The notes under the pieces: generated by a model
What the model saw: only the letters and a program-made list of their open reading frames with translations
What the model was told of the DNA's origin: nothing
Databases searched by the model: none
Translations under genes and position numbers: made by a program
Part shown: in pieces, positions 40,060 through 49,602 of the stretch
How positions within the stretch are numbered: position 1 is the stretch's first letter
Layout: every line of letters begins with the position of its first letter
Assembly (NCBI GenBank): GCA_019058245.1
Contig: JAHPZJ010000026.1
Coordinates: 21,291 to 85,290, forward strand
DNA: 64,000 bases
Source of the DNA: Promethearchaeota archaeon
Lineage (GTDB): Archaea > Asgardarchaeota > Lokiarchaeia > Sigyniarchaeales > SOKP01
Direction: 5' to 3'

Positions 40060-40278
40060 GTGAAAAATGAAATGAATTCTTCAGATTATTATAAAATTGA
40101 AGGGGGAAAGTTAGTTAGAACTCATAGGTCTTGCCCAAAATGTGGACCAAGCTATTTCCTTGCAGATCATTATGATAGATGGTCATGTGGAAAATGTGGA
40201 TACGCTGTATTCAAAAGAAAAGGACAAACGAAAGCAAAAGCTACAAGAAGATCTCCTCGAAAACGCTCAAAAGCGTAA
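40060..40278 (+). CDS. rps27ae: 30S ribosomal protein S27ae with basic C-terminal tail
   Basis: CPKCGPSYFLADHYDRWSCGKCGY. Confidence 0.95.
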   Translation: MKNEMNSSDYYKIEGGKLVRTHRSCPKCGPSYFLADHYDRWSCGKCGYAVFKRKGQTKAKATRRSPRKRSKA

Positions 40279-40384
40279 AAAAAGATTGGATAATTTATAA
40301 AATCTATAGTTGAAAATTCTTCCCCCTACATTTCAAAGATATACCTTACCTTTACCTTAAAACCTAATAGTCTAAATTGAAAAT

Positions 40385-41401
40385 TTGGCGAAATTAATGA
40401 AGAAGTTATGTTTAGGTATTGAATCCACTGCTCACACCTTTTCAATAGGAATTATAGATTTTGAAGGAAATGTTTATAGTCTGATAAATGATATTTATGT
40501 CCCTGAAGAAGGTGGACTCCATCCTGGATTAGTTAGGGATCAACATTTAAACAATTTTATGAAAATAGTGAATAGAGCTTTGACAGAAGCTAAAATATCT
40601 ATAAAAGACATTAATTTGATTGCATTCAGTCAAAGTCCTGGTTTAGGACCTGTTTTAAAAATTGGTGCTTGGGTTGCACGTATGTTAAGTCAATTAGTTA
40701 ACATTGAAATCGTAGGAGTAAATCATTGTATTGCTCACATTGAAATTGGACGTTTAAAATGTAATATTAAAGATCCCCTTAGTTTATACGTATCAGGTGG
40801 GAATACTATAGTTAGTGCTTTTGAATCCGGAAGATATCAGATTTTTGGTGAAACTCTTGATTTAGCTATTGGCAATATGATAGACTCTTTTGCTCGTGAT
40901 GCAGGTCTAAACCATCCTGGTGGTCCAAAAATAGAAAAACTAGCATTGAATTCAAATAACTATATTCAATTACCTTATGTTGTAAAAGGTATGGATCTAT
41001 CATTTTCTGGTCTTTATACTGCTGCAAAATATCTTCTCCAATCTGAAGACTATGGTATCAAATATAACTTAAATGACGTTGCCTATTCTTTGCAAGAAAC
41101 TGCTTTTGGAATGTTAACTGAGGTTACTGAAAGAGCTTTGGCTCATACAGAAAAAAAAGAGGTACTTCTTACAGGAGGCGTAGCAGCAAATAAAAGGTTA
41201 CAATCTATGATAAAATATATCAGTAAGGAGCATGATGCGAGGTTTGAGGTGGTACCTTTAAAATTTGCAGGAGATAATGGAGCAATGATTGGTTGGACAG
41301 GAATTTTGAGATATCAAGCAGAGGGAAGGCATGAAATCAATGAAACTTTTATCAAACCTAAGGAAAGAATGGATCATTTTACAATTCCATGGAGGACTTA
41401 A
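40385..41401 (+). CDS. kae1: tRNA t6A threonylcarbamoyltransferase Kae1
   Basis: GIESTAHT, VNHCIAHIE, LYVSGGNT, GGVAAN, DNGAMI. Confidence 0.97.
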   Translation: MAKLMKKLCLGIESTAHTFSIGIIDFEGNVYSLINDIYVPEEGGLHPGLVRDQHLNNFMKIVNRALTEAKISIKDINLIAFSQSPGLGPVLKIGAWVARMLSQLVNIEIVGVNHCIAHIEIGRLKCNIKDPLSLYVSGGNTIVSAFESGRYQIFGETLDLAIGNMIDSFARDAGLNHPGGPKIEKLALNSNNYIQLPYVVKGMDLSFSGLYTAAKYLLQSEDYGIKYNLNDVAYSLQETAFGMLTEVTERALAHTEKKEVLLTGGVAANKRLQSMIKYISKEHDARFEVVPLKFAGDNGAMIGWTGILRYQAEGRHEINETFIKPKERMDHFTIPWRT

Positions 41402-41407
41402 AAGATA

Positions 41408-42082
41408 TTGAGTTCTGATATTAAAAAAGAAAAAGTCATTAAGAAAGGAGCTGAAGCAACTCTTTATTACGGGCATTGGTTTGGGAAAGAAGTAATATTT
41501 AAGTATAGAATTCCAAAGAATTATCGCATAAAAGAATTGGATAAGGCAATAAGAACGGAGAGAACATTAAACGAAGCCAGAGCATTAATAAAAGTAAAAA
41601 CATATGGGATTAATGTACCTCAAGTTTTTGAGATTGATTTCGTTAATTCCACAATAGTTATGAAATATATTAAAGGTAATAGATTAAAAGATATTTTATC
41701 AAATTTGGATGATAATATGAAAAAAAATTATTTTAATGATATTGGCAAAGCAATTGCAACTCTACATAGAAATGGTCATGTACATGGTGATATAACAACA
41801 AGTAATATAATAATATCTCCTGAAAATCAAATTTTTCTCATAGATTTTGGGTTGCATGAGTATTCAGATACAATAGAGGATAAAAGTGTAGATTTACATC
41901 TCCTAAAAAGAGTTTTAATCTCGTCTCATGGCAAAAATTATAAATATTGCTTTAATGCCTTTCTTGAAGGATATAAGTTAGAATATGAAAAGATAAAGAA
42001 TAAAGAATATGAAAAGATAATTAAAAACATTGATATTGTTGAATCTCGTGGAAGGTATATAAGACCAGAAGCTAGATTATAA
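41408..42082 (+). CDS. bud32: KEOPS kinase Bud32
   Basis: KGAEA, HGDITTSN, IDFGL, EDKSVDL, RGRY. Confidence 0.96.
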   Translation: MSSDIKKEKVIKKGAEATLYYGHWFGKEVIFKYRIPKNYRIKELDKAIRTERTLNEARALIKVKTYGINVPQVFEIDFVNSTIVMKYIKGNRLKDILSNLDDNMKKNYFNDIGKAIATLHRNGHVHGDITTSNIIISPENQIFLIDFGLHEYSDTIEDKSVDLHLLKRVLISSHGKNYKYCFNAFLEGYKLEYEKIKNKEYEKIIKNIDIVESRGRYIRPEARL

Positions 42083-42200
42083 AAATTATCTATTATAGTT
42101 AATTTTATCTAAAAGAAGGAAAAATTCTTAAAATATTTTCAACTAGCCTATTAATTTAGGTTAGAAAGTGTTCATCAAATTAAATAAATTAACTAAATAG

Positions 42201-42229
42201 TGTATATCTGATATACAATGCTTTAAATA
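42201..42229 (+). promoter_or_regulatory. Perfect inverted repeat TGTATATC-T-GATATACA next to TATA-like TTTAAATA; putative operator and promoter of the RHH gene
   Basis: 8-bp arms at 42201-42208 and 42210-42217, TTTAAATA at 42222-42229, and a partial direct repeat ATATACATGCTTTA at 42254-42267. Confidence 0.5.
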
Positions 42230-42388
42230 CTCTAACTCATACCAATTAAGTTTATATACATGCTTTACTTATATTATTATATTGGAAAGAGTAAATATGT
42301 AAAGGGTACGGAATATTTCTACATTCTAATTTATTTTTGCCATATAAAATAAGAGGATTTTAGAAAGAATATTCGTGGAGGTAATTAA

Positions 42389-42598
42389 ATGACAGACACA
42401 GAAAAATCAAGCAAAAAGAAGAAAATGGTTAACATTACCATTAATTTACCCGAGATTTATGATGAAAATATTAAGAAACTAATTGGTATGAAGATTTGTG
42501 CATCCCGTAGTGAGGCAATAAGGACCGCATTGCGTGATTTTCTTCACAATGAATATAAAAATCTTAAATTATTAGGATTCTTTAGAGAAACCTCCTAA
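42389..42598 (+). CDS. Ribbon-helix-helix (CopG/MetJ/Arc) DNA-binding protein
   Basis: NITINLP...SRSEAIRTALRDFL; strong SD GGAGGT. Confidence 0.9.
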   Translation: MTDTEKSSKKKKMVNITINLPEIYDENIKKLIGMKICASRSEAIRTALRDFLHNEYKNLKLLGFFRETS

Positions 42599-42692
42599 AT
42601 ATTCAATCTTTCTATATTTACTCTTAGTTAAGATTTATAACACTAGTTTACTTACTAATTTATTATCCTTAAGAACTGCTAGGAGAATTCAA

Positions 42693-43280
42693 ATGCTATT
42701 ATATCTCGTAACTGAATCTGGATCTTTAAGAAAAATTAATAAAGTAGATTTTAATGAAACTAAAGTTTTTCTAATTGATGATATTAAAACTTTATATTTA
42801 TGGTTCGGATTAAAAGCTTCTGAGAAAAAAAGAAAATTAAGTATCGAGAAAATAGAAAAGTTAAAAGTTCAGAAAAAAAAATCTCCAGAACTTATAGTTT
42901 TAAATCAAAATGAAGAATATGGTTCCTTTTTAGCAATTATGGACATTTTAAAAAAAGGCTTGAAAACTGGTGAAACTATTGAAAAGAGACCAGAATTAAA
43001 AATTCGCTTTAAGGATACCCAGGAGCTCATAGAAGCGGGAATGGATCCAGATTTTGAAGGTGAAGTTACTATTGCAGCACATGATCTTGCTCAAGAAAAC
43101 CATACTTATGAGGATTTGTGTAGAAAACTTGCGGAAATACAAATGAAGTTTATAAAAGAGAATGCTTCTGAAAAAGAAATAAAGAAAAAAACAGAGGATA
43201 TTTATAAATCCTCCTCAACTTACGAAGAACTTTGCTGGTTGATTGCTGAATTAAGTAATTTATTAGATAGAAAATCCTGA
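42693..43280 (+). CDS. Asgard single-domain gelsolin with C-terminal helical X-type domain (1DGelX-like)
   Basis: KVFLIDDIKTLYLWFGLKAS...LNQNEE...F gelsolin core; twin YEDLCRKLAE / YEELCWLIAE helices. Confidence 0.8.
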   Translation: MLLYLVTESGSLRKINKVDFNETKVFLIDDIKTLYLWFGLKASEKKRKLSIEKIEKLKVQKKKSPELIVLNQNEEYGSFLAIMDILKKGLKTGETIEKRPELKIRFKDTQELIEAGMDPDFEGEVTIAAHDLAQENHTYEDLCRKLAEIQMKFIKENASEKEIKKKTEDIYKSSSTYEELCWLIAELSNLLDRKS

Positions 43281-43795
43281 TTTGAATTGACTGTTTTACA
43301 TTTTATCGTAATTGATGTATCTTCTTTATAAAAATTGATATGTTTATTAAAAAGTTCATTAATAGCTTTTATATAAATTCCATTTCTCCCAACTGCTATA
43401 TGATATATATTTAAATCCTTCAAGAAACAAATGATAATCTCATATTTTCCTTCTTTATTATTTATTTCTATTCCAATATCATATATACACAAATCTGGAA
43501 ATAGATTGAAAAGTAAATTTAATAAAATGTTATCAAACCTAATTATTGAGATTTTTTTTACAATTTTATGTCTTAAGGAGTTTAAATAGGTTCTTGCTTC
43601 AAAATAATTATCCTGTTTTACAAAAAGAAATATAAACTCATTATCTTCCACTTTTATGATAACTATATGTGAAGGCTCTATTTTTGTCTTATCATAGAAA
43701 TATTTGTATAAGTTGAGCTCATAATTAGAATATTTTATATTATCAAAAGTTAATACTTGATAGAGAATTAAATCATCGAGAATCGTGTAAAACAT
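43220..43795 (-). CDS. Divergent NusA-like KH-domain protein
   Basis: IAVGRNGIYIKAIN KH GxxG loop and archaeal NusA-like layout. Overlaps the 3' end of the gelsolin gene. Confidence 0.6.
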   Translation of the reverse strand: MFYTILDDLILYQVLTFDNIKYSNYELNLYKYFYDKTKIEPSHIVIIKVEDNEFIFLFVKQDNYFEARTYLNSLRHKIVKKISIIRFDNILLNLLFNLFPDLCIYDIGIEINNKEGKYEIIICFLKDLNIYHIAVGRNGIYIKAINELFNKHINFYKEDTSITIKCKTVNSNQDFLSNKLLNSAINQQSSS

Positions 43796-43897
43796 ATAAT
43801 AGTATTTTAGAATGTATTTTTAAAGTACGAGAAAATCCATAACAACAGCTTATTCAAAAAAAACTTAAATTTAAGTTTTATATTATGATAAGTTCAT

Positions 43898-44455
43898 CTA
43901 TTTAATCAAATTATAAAATTTAGCAAGTAAAAAAGCATTAATAGTTGAGCTATGTATAATATCACCATTATTGATCAATTTATGTATTTCTTCAATGGAG
44001 AATTCATATACTGAAATTATTTCATTTGGATCTATAGGTTTTGAATTCTTTTTTTCCACCTTAGCAAAATATAAGTAATTCCAAACAGTATTAAGAAAAG
44101 ATATTCTTGTTTTTCCTAAAAAAGTAATGCTTTCAACCTTATATCCTGTTTCTTCTTCTGTTTCTCTTATTGCTGCTTCCTCAGGTTTCTCACCTTCATC
44201 GATCATACCACCAACAGTAGTTTTTGTTTTTAATTGCCAAGGATAAGGATAAGCATCCACAAGAATAATTTTACCATCAGCAGTTTGGCAAATAATTGTG
44301 ACAAAATCCCTTCCTTCAATAACAACATATTCTACTTGCTGACCGTCTGGTCTTAAAACTAAATCATTTCTCAAACCAATAAAACGATTTCGAAATATAA
44401 CTCTTTCTTCTAATTGTTTCCATTTATAATCTTTTCGAGACATATTAAAATTCAA
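43898..44455 (-). CDS. NUDIX hydrolase (ADP-ribose pyrophosphatase-like)
   Basis: GGMIDEGEKPEEAAIRETEEETGY. Confidence 0.92.
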   Translation of the reverse strand: MNFNMSRKDYKWKQLEERVIFRNRFIGLRNDLVLRPDGQQVEYVVIEGRDFVTIICQTADGKIILVDAYPYPWQLKTKTTVGGMIDEGEKPEEAAIRETEEETGYKVESITFLGKTRISFLNTVWNYLYFAKVEKKNSKPIDPNEIISVYEFSIEEIHKLINNGDIIHSSTINAFLLAKFYNLIK

Positions 44456-44510
44456 TGATTTAATTGAATATAATTCTATTTATCAAAAAAAAAACTTTAC
44501 ACTTTAAACT

Positions 44511-46235
44511 TTACACTATGAGACTTACTCCAATTGCATTCGAAATTACAGCAGCAAAAAATATTTGAACTATAGTAAATGATATCAGAACCACTGGATA
44601 GAACGCCTTTACATTTTGAAATATCTTAGTATTTTGAATAATCATTAAAAGAAGAATTATATACATAAATAAAACAGAGGGTAAATAAGACAGTTGACTT
44701 GTTAATGTCATCAATGTTATCATCAGGATAATTGCGGTGATTATTAACACCCTATTTTTCGATTTTTCTGATTTTAAAATTTTTAACTTTGGATAAATAA
44801 CTTTTCTTAAAAGTATTTCTATTGAGAGAAATACTGGAAGAAAAAGATAACTTAACATAAAATCAACAACGAAATTTGATGGCCAAATAAAACCAAAAGG
44901 ATAATAAAAAGAAAATAGCATATAAATAGCTATAAAATAACTAGCGCATACTAAAGTAAAAATCAAATAACTTGATTTAAATTGGTTTCTGATATTTAAT
45001 TTTAAGGTATTTAAATATTTTCTATCTTTTGTCTTTTTTAAGAATTTTAATATACTAATCACTGTGAAAGTTCCAAGCATGAGGATTGAACCATAAACAA
45101 TACCCACCAAACCGAAAAATTTCTCAAATAATACCCAATTCAGTAAAAAAGCTCCAATAGATCCGATTGTCGAAATTACTAACTTTTGTTTATTTAAAGT
45201 ATTAATTGATTTGTTGCTATTAAAATAATTAATATTTTCAAGTTTTTTTTCGTTTCGAAAGAACAATTGACTCGATATTGAAATTAAGGAAATAACGCTT
45301 ATAAAAATAACAATAATGTTTATGAAAATTATTACATAATTATAATAGAATGTAATAGATATGCGTCCATTAATATTAGGCGTTCCAAAAAAATGATTTT
45401 CAAACCAATTTATTGATTCAATTAGCACCCCATCTGAGAAAAGTTGGTGTCCTCCACCTAATAAAAAGCCTTCTATTGGAATTACTGTACAATTTGTTAA
45501 CTCTTGGGCTTTTAGAGCATTATCTGTGAAATCCAATGCTTCATCATCAACATGCATGATAACTAATAAATTTTGAGTATTCTGTTCATTCAGTAAATTA
45601 GCTGGAATATAATCTATAAATTCCTGGTTATAGGTAAATCCATACTTAGGAGGTGAAAAATTTACAAGGGGTGCTAGAGCAACTATTACTTGAAAGCGTG
45701 GATCTAATGCTTGATTCATAAGGACGACCATCCCACCAAGCGAATGACCTATAAGGCCAATTTGAGATTTGTTAACATCATTATAAAAAGAAAGTGTTTC
45801 TAATTTATCTAATAAATTAGAACAATCCTGAGCTAACGCGGGAATACCATTATTGGAATTTATATTATTTATATTCCCTCCACTCTCACCATGTCCTTGG
45901 TAATCGAGAGCTGCAACATAAAAACCTCTCTTTGTAAATTCAATAGGAATTCTTAAATCGAAATCTCGTTTAGATCCAATACCATGGCAATATATAACTA
46001 AAGGTTTTTGTTCCTGAAAATCCAATTTCTTGGTGGGATAATATAAATTTGCATAGAGTGTCGCCCCAGATGATTCAAAATTGATACGTTCATATCGATT
46101 ATAACTCTGAGTTCTATTTAATTGTAAAATTGTTAATGTTATAAATAGAATAATGATAAAAACTAAAAGTTTTTTAAGATGACAATAGTCCTTGTGTGTC
46201 ATCTCATCAACAATAATAAACTCAGATTTTACCAA
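44511..46235 (-). CDS. Membrane-anchored alpha/beta hydrolase with multi-TM C-terminal domain
   Basis: N-terminal TM, YCHG, DYQGHGES, GHSLGG, then several TM helices. Confidence 0.85.
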   Translation of the reverse strand: MVKSEFIIVDEMTHKDYCHLKKLLVFIIILFITLTILQLNRTQSYNRYERINFESSGATLYANLYYPTKKLDFQEQKPLVIYCHGIGSKRDFDLRIPIEFTKRGFYVAALDYQGHGESGGNINNINSNNGIPALAQDCSNLLDKLETLSFYNDVNKSQIGLIGHSLGGMVVLMNQALDPRFQVIVALAPLVNFSPPKYGFTYNQEFIDYIPANLLNEQNTQNLLVIMHVDDEALDFTDNALKAQELTNCTVIPIEGFLLGGGHQLFSDGVLIESINWFENHFFGTPNINGRISITFYYNYVIIFINIIVIFISVISLISISSQLFFRNEKKLENINYFNSNKSINTLNKQKLVISTIGSIGAFLLNWVLFEKFFGLVGIVYGSILMLGTFTVISILKFLKKTKDRKYLNTLKLNIRNQFKSSYLIFTLVCASYFIAIYMLFSFYYPFGFIWPSNFVVDFMLSYLFLPVFLSIEILLRKVIYPKLKILKSEKSKNRVLIITAIILMITLMTLTSQLSYLPSVLFMYIILLLMIIQNTKIFQNVKAFYPVVLISFTIVQIFFAAVISNAIGVSLIV

Positions 46236-46483
46236 AACAGTTGTCCGGTTTTTTGAAATAATTTATTTTTACTTCTCTAAATTTCAAACTTTGTGAAACC
46301 CATAAATTAAATAGAAAATAAACTATTTAAATGTTTTCACGAAATTTGAAATATCACTTAAAATAGTTACTAATGATATTTAAAAATCAATTACTATTTT
46401 AGTACACTTAAATTCATTTTTAATAGAATAAATTAAAATATAGCTAACGTTAGTATTTATTAATAATTTAATGCGAAAATATT

Positions 46484-48151
46484 ATGAAGCTGATTAAGGG
46501 ATTTACTGCTGAACCAGAAGGAAAAGAGAATTATCAGTTAAATGTTATTAATTTTATGAAACATGCAGTTAGAAATTATGCAAGACAAGAAATTGTTAGT
46601 AGAAAACTTGATGGTAGTCTTTTTCGATATACCTATAAGGAATCATATGAAAGAATGCAACGATTAGCAAATGCATTAGAATCGATTGGAGTAAAAGTGG
46701 CTGATCGTGTTGGAGTATTAGCATGGAATACACACCAGCATTATGAGATATATTATGGGCTACCAGGAATGGGTGCTGTAATGGTTACCTTAAATTTACG
46801 TCTTGCTTCTCAGGATTTAACATATATTGTTAATCATTCTGGAACAAAATATCTAATTGTCGATGAGGATTTAATTCAAATAGCTGAGAATATAGCAGCT
46901 TCATGTGATAATATAAAAGGTTATATTATTATTACTGATAAGGATCTAAATGATATTGAAACAAATTTAGCACCTCTCTATAGTTATGAAGATCTTTTGA
47001 AGAAAGCATTACCAGAATATAAATGGTTAAATTTAGATGAAAATTCAGCTTATGCTGCTTGCTATACAACAGGAACTACTGGTAAACCCAAAGGTGTTTA
47101 TTACTCACATCGAAATTTGTATTTACAATCAATGATGTTTGCGGCTTATTTTTCATTTACCGTAAATGATGTTGTTTTACAGTTAGTACCTATGTTCCAT
47201 GTTCTGGGTTGGTCAATGCCGCATGCAGCTACGTATATTGGTGCTAAGTTAATTTTCTCTGGAAAGTGGAATTTGAATGATGTTGAGGATCTTACAAAAA
47301 TTATGGTTCAAGAAAAGGTCTCTCTGACTGGAGCTGTTCCAGCTGTTTTTATGGCAATGCTAGAAGTTATTAGAAATTTGGAAGAAAAACCAGATTTTTC
47401 TCATGCTCGCTTGATTTGTGGTGGTTCTGAGCCTCCAATTACATTAATGCGTGGTTTTTGGGATGAAACAGGAGGAGAAATAATTCATTCTTATGGTTCT
47501 ACTGAAGCTATGTCAAATAGTACACTAAACTCGTTTAAACCATGGCTTAAGAAAGAACTCTCAGAAGAGGAACTATGGCAACTTAAGAAAAAACAAGGTA
47601 TAATCGTCTCAGGGCTTGATGTAAAAGTTGTTGATGAGGAAGGTAATGAAGTTCCTTGTGATGGAAAAACTTCAGGAGAGGTTCTTTTTCGTGGTCCTTG
47701 GATTACAAATAGCTATTATAAATCACCTCAAACAAGTAGTAGTTTTACTGAGGATGGATTCTTTAGAAGTGGTGATGTTGGCTGTCTTGACTCAGAGGGA
47801 TATCTCAAGATTACTGATAGAATTAAGGATGTAATTAAAAGTGGTGGAGAGTGGATTAGTTCAATTGATATGGAGAATTCATTGGTATCACATCCAGGGG
47901 TTCTTGAGGCAGCAGTTATAGGGATTCCTCATCCAAAATGGGATGAAAGACCTTTAGCTTTAGTTGTTTTACGAGAAGGATTTCGATCTATAAATAAAGA
48001 GGAAATATTTGGACATCTTACGAAAACATTTGCTAAGTGGCAATTACCTGAAGAGATTTTATTTGTAGAGTCAATCCCTAGGACTAGTGTAGGGAAACTT
48101 GATAAAAAAACAATGCGAATTCAATATCAAGATTTGTATACAAAAAGTTAG
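46484..48151 (+). CDS. Fatty acyl-CoA ligase (AlkK/DmdB-like ANL enzyme)
   Basis: YTTGTTGKPKG, VPMFHV, YGSTE, DVIKSGGEWISS, PRTSVGK. Confidence 0.92.
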   Translation: MKLIKGFTAEPEGKENYQLNVINFMKHAVRNYARQEIVSRKLDGSLFRYTYKESYERMQRLANALESIGVKVADRVGVLAWNTHQHYEIYYGLPGMGAVMVTLNLRLASQDLTYIVNHSGTKYLIVDEDLIQIAENIAASCDNIKGYIIITDKDLNDIETNLAPLYSYEDLLKKALPEYKWLNLDENSAYAACYTTGTTGKPKGVYYSHRNLYLQSMMFAAYFSFTVNDVVLQLVPMFHVLGWSMPHAATYIGAKLIFSGKWNLNDVEDLTKIMVQEKVSLTGAVPAVFMAMLEVIRNLEEKPDFSHARLICGGSEPPITLMRGFWDETGGEIIHSYGSTEAMSNSTLNSFKPWLKKELSEEELWQLKKKQGIIVSGLDVKVVDEEGNEVPCDGKTSGEVLFRGPWITNSYYKSPQTSSSFTEDGFFRSGDVGCLDSEGYLKITDRIKDVIKSGGEWISSIDMENSLVSHPGVLEAAVIGIPHPKWDERPLALVVLREGFRSINKEEIFGHLTKTFAKWQLPEEILFVESIPRTSVGKLDKKTMRIQYQDLYTKS

Positions 48152-48206
48152 AGTTATGAGTTTTTACTCTATTTTTTTATTAAGGTTTTTTTAGTAAATA
48201 AGAGTT

Positions 48207-48452
48207 TTATCTACGTCCCCGAATTTTGCGAGCTTCTCGTTCTACTTCTCGTAGAATAACAATATCATCCATGCGAATTGGACCTTTCACATTACGAGTG
48301 AGAATTCGATTTCTATCTGGACCTTCAAGAATACGTACTTTTATCTGAGTAATCTCCCCTGTAAGTCCTGTTCGACCAATTATTTGAATTACTTGTGCTG
48401 GAATCGCTAAATCTTGTACCGAAACGCCTTTTGATTTGTCTAATTTAACCAA
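48207..48452 (-). CDS. rps28e: 30S ribosomal protein S28e
   Basis: [13 protein letters not shown]...RNVKGP...LREVEREAR. Confidence 0.96.
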   Translation of the reverse strand: MVKLDKSKGVSVQDLAIPAQVIQIIGRTGLTGEITQIKVRILEGPDRNRILTRNVKGPIRMDDIVILREVEREARKIRGRR

Positions 48453-48470
48453 AGATTATCACCAAATTAA

Positions 48471-48842
48471 TTACTTTTTGATTTCTTCTAATTTTTTTGT
48501 TAGATCTTGTAATGCATTTTCATTTCCAGTACCTGCGTTTTCAATCGCAATTGCACTCGAAGATACGTTAATTTTTACAACATTTCCAAGTTCTTTTTTA
48601 GTTGAGAGATAACCATATGGAATTCCTTTTTCCTCACATAAAAGTGGTATATGGAATAAAATTTCTGGTGGACTCACGTCTTCTGCCATAACGACTAATT
48701 TTGCTTGAACTCTTTCAATTGATTTAGTTACTTCATTCATACCTTTTCTAATCTTCGAATCCCTTGTTTCTGCAATGGTGGTTAACGTATTCTTTAGTTG
48801 ATTTTTTAACTTTTCAGGTATTTTAAATTTTACATAAGAAAT
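48471..48842 (-). CDS. rpl7ae: 50S ribosomal protein L7Ae, apparently initiating at ATT
   Basis: The frame extends upstream of the track start: (I)SYVKFKIPEKL...KIRKGMNEVTKSIER...AEDVSPPEI. In-frame TGA lies 3 codons above the ATT; SD-like AGGAGATGA upstream. Gives 123 aa. Confidence 0.92.
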   Translation of the reverse strand: MSYVKFKIPEKLKNQLKNTLTTIAETRDSKIRKGMNEVTKSIERVQAKLVVMAEDVSPPEILFHIPLLCEEKGIPYGYLSTKKELGNVVKINVSSSAIAIENAGTGNENALQDLTKKLEEIKK

Positions 48843-48847
48843 ATTTA

Positions 48848-48903
48848 ATCATCTCCTTCAAATATACTTTTTTTAAGATATATTTTCATAAATCATCGAT
48901 TTA
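48848..48903 (-). promoter_or_regulatory. Putative tandem kink-turn L7Ae autoregulatory element in the rpl7ae 5' UTR
   Basis: mRNA AAAUC-GAU-GA-UU-UAU-GA-AAAUAUA-(loop)-UAUAUUU-GA-AG-GA-GAU: two 3-nt bulges, each followed by tandem G.A/A.G pairs. The 3' strand is the SD. Confidence 0.7.
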
Positions 48904-49150
48904 TTGTAAGAAAAGTAATTATAGAAATTAAATAAAATTTTTCATTTAGGTAAAAAACCTAAAAATTCTAATATATCAACAAAAAAAACATATAAAAATT
49001 TTATTCTAAATATAGGGAATTAAATAGAAAAGCTTATTTTTTATGAATTATTTATTAAATTGGATATATTATATTTTCTAAGTTAAATTGATTTATTTAA
49101 CAAAAATATTAAAATCGTAAAATAATTTAACTAAATGGAGGAGATCAACC

Positions 49151-49351
49151 ATTATTATACCAATCCGCTGTTTTAGTTGCGGGAAATTAATCGCTCATAT
49201 TTATAAGCCGTATCTTGAGATGATAGAAAAGGGTGAGTCTTCTGAAAAAGCATTTAAAGAATTAGGAATCGAGCGATTCTGTTGCAAAAGAATGGTGGTT
49301 TCGCATGTTGACTTGATTGATGAACTACTCAAGTTCCCTCGATTACAATAA
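49151..49351 (+). CDS. rpoN: RNA polymerase subunit Rpo10 (N), apparently initiating at ATT
   Basis: Not in the ORF track. (I)IIPIRCFSCGKLIAH...LGIERFCCKRMVVSHVDLIDELLKF. No ATG/GTG/TTG between the in-frame TAA (49118-49120) and this ATT; GGAGGAGA upstream. Confidence 0.95.
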   Translation: MIIPIRCFSCGKLIAHIYKPYLEMIEKGESSEKAFKELGIERFCCKRMVVSHVDLIDELLKFPRLQ

Positions 49352-49390
49352 CATAACTTTTTTTTAATTAATAGAAAAAGAAACTAAAAT

Positions 49391-49582
49391 TTACTGTTTC
49401 CCATAGTAGGAAGTCCATCTTGTCTTTCTTGCTTTCTTTTTGTAGTTTATCATTGACTTCCGGCATTTATTAGTGCAGAAATTCAAAACAGTACCATCTT
49501 TCTTTACAAACATAACGCCTCGACCGATGGGAATGTCGTAACCACAAAAACTGCATTTTTTTACTTTTACCATTATTTCCAC
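49391..49582 (-). CDS. rpl24e: 50S ribosomal protein L24e
   Basis: CSFCGYDIPIGRGVMFVKKDG...FCTNKC...RWT. The start may be the ATG at 49573. Confidence 0.95.
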   Translation of the reverse strand: MEIMVKVKKCSFCGYDIPIGRGVMFVKKDGTVLNFCTNKCRKSMINYKKKARKTRWTSYYGKQ

Positions 49583-49602
49583 TCTTAAGAATTGATTAAA
49601 TT

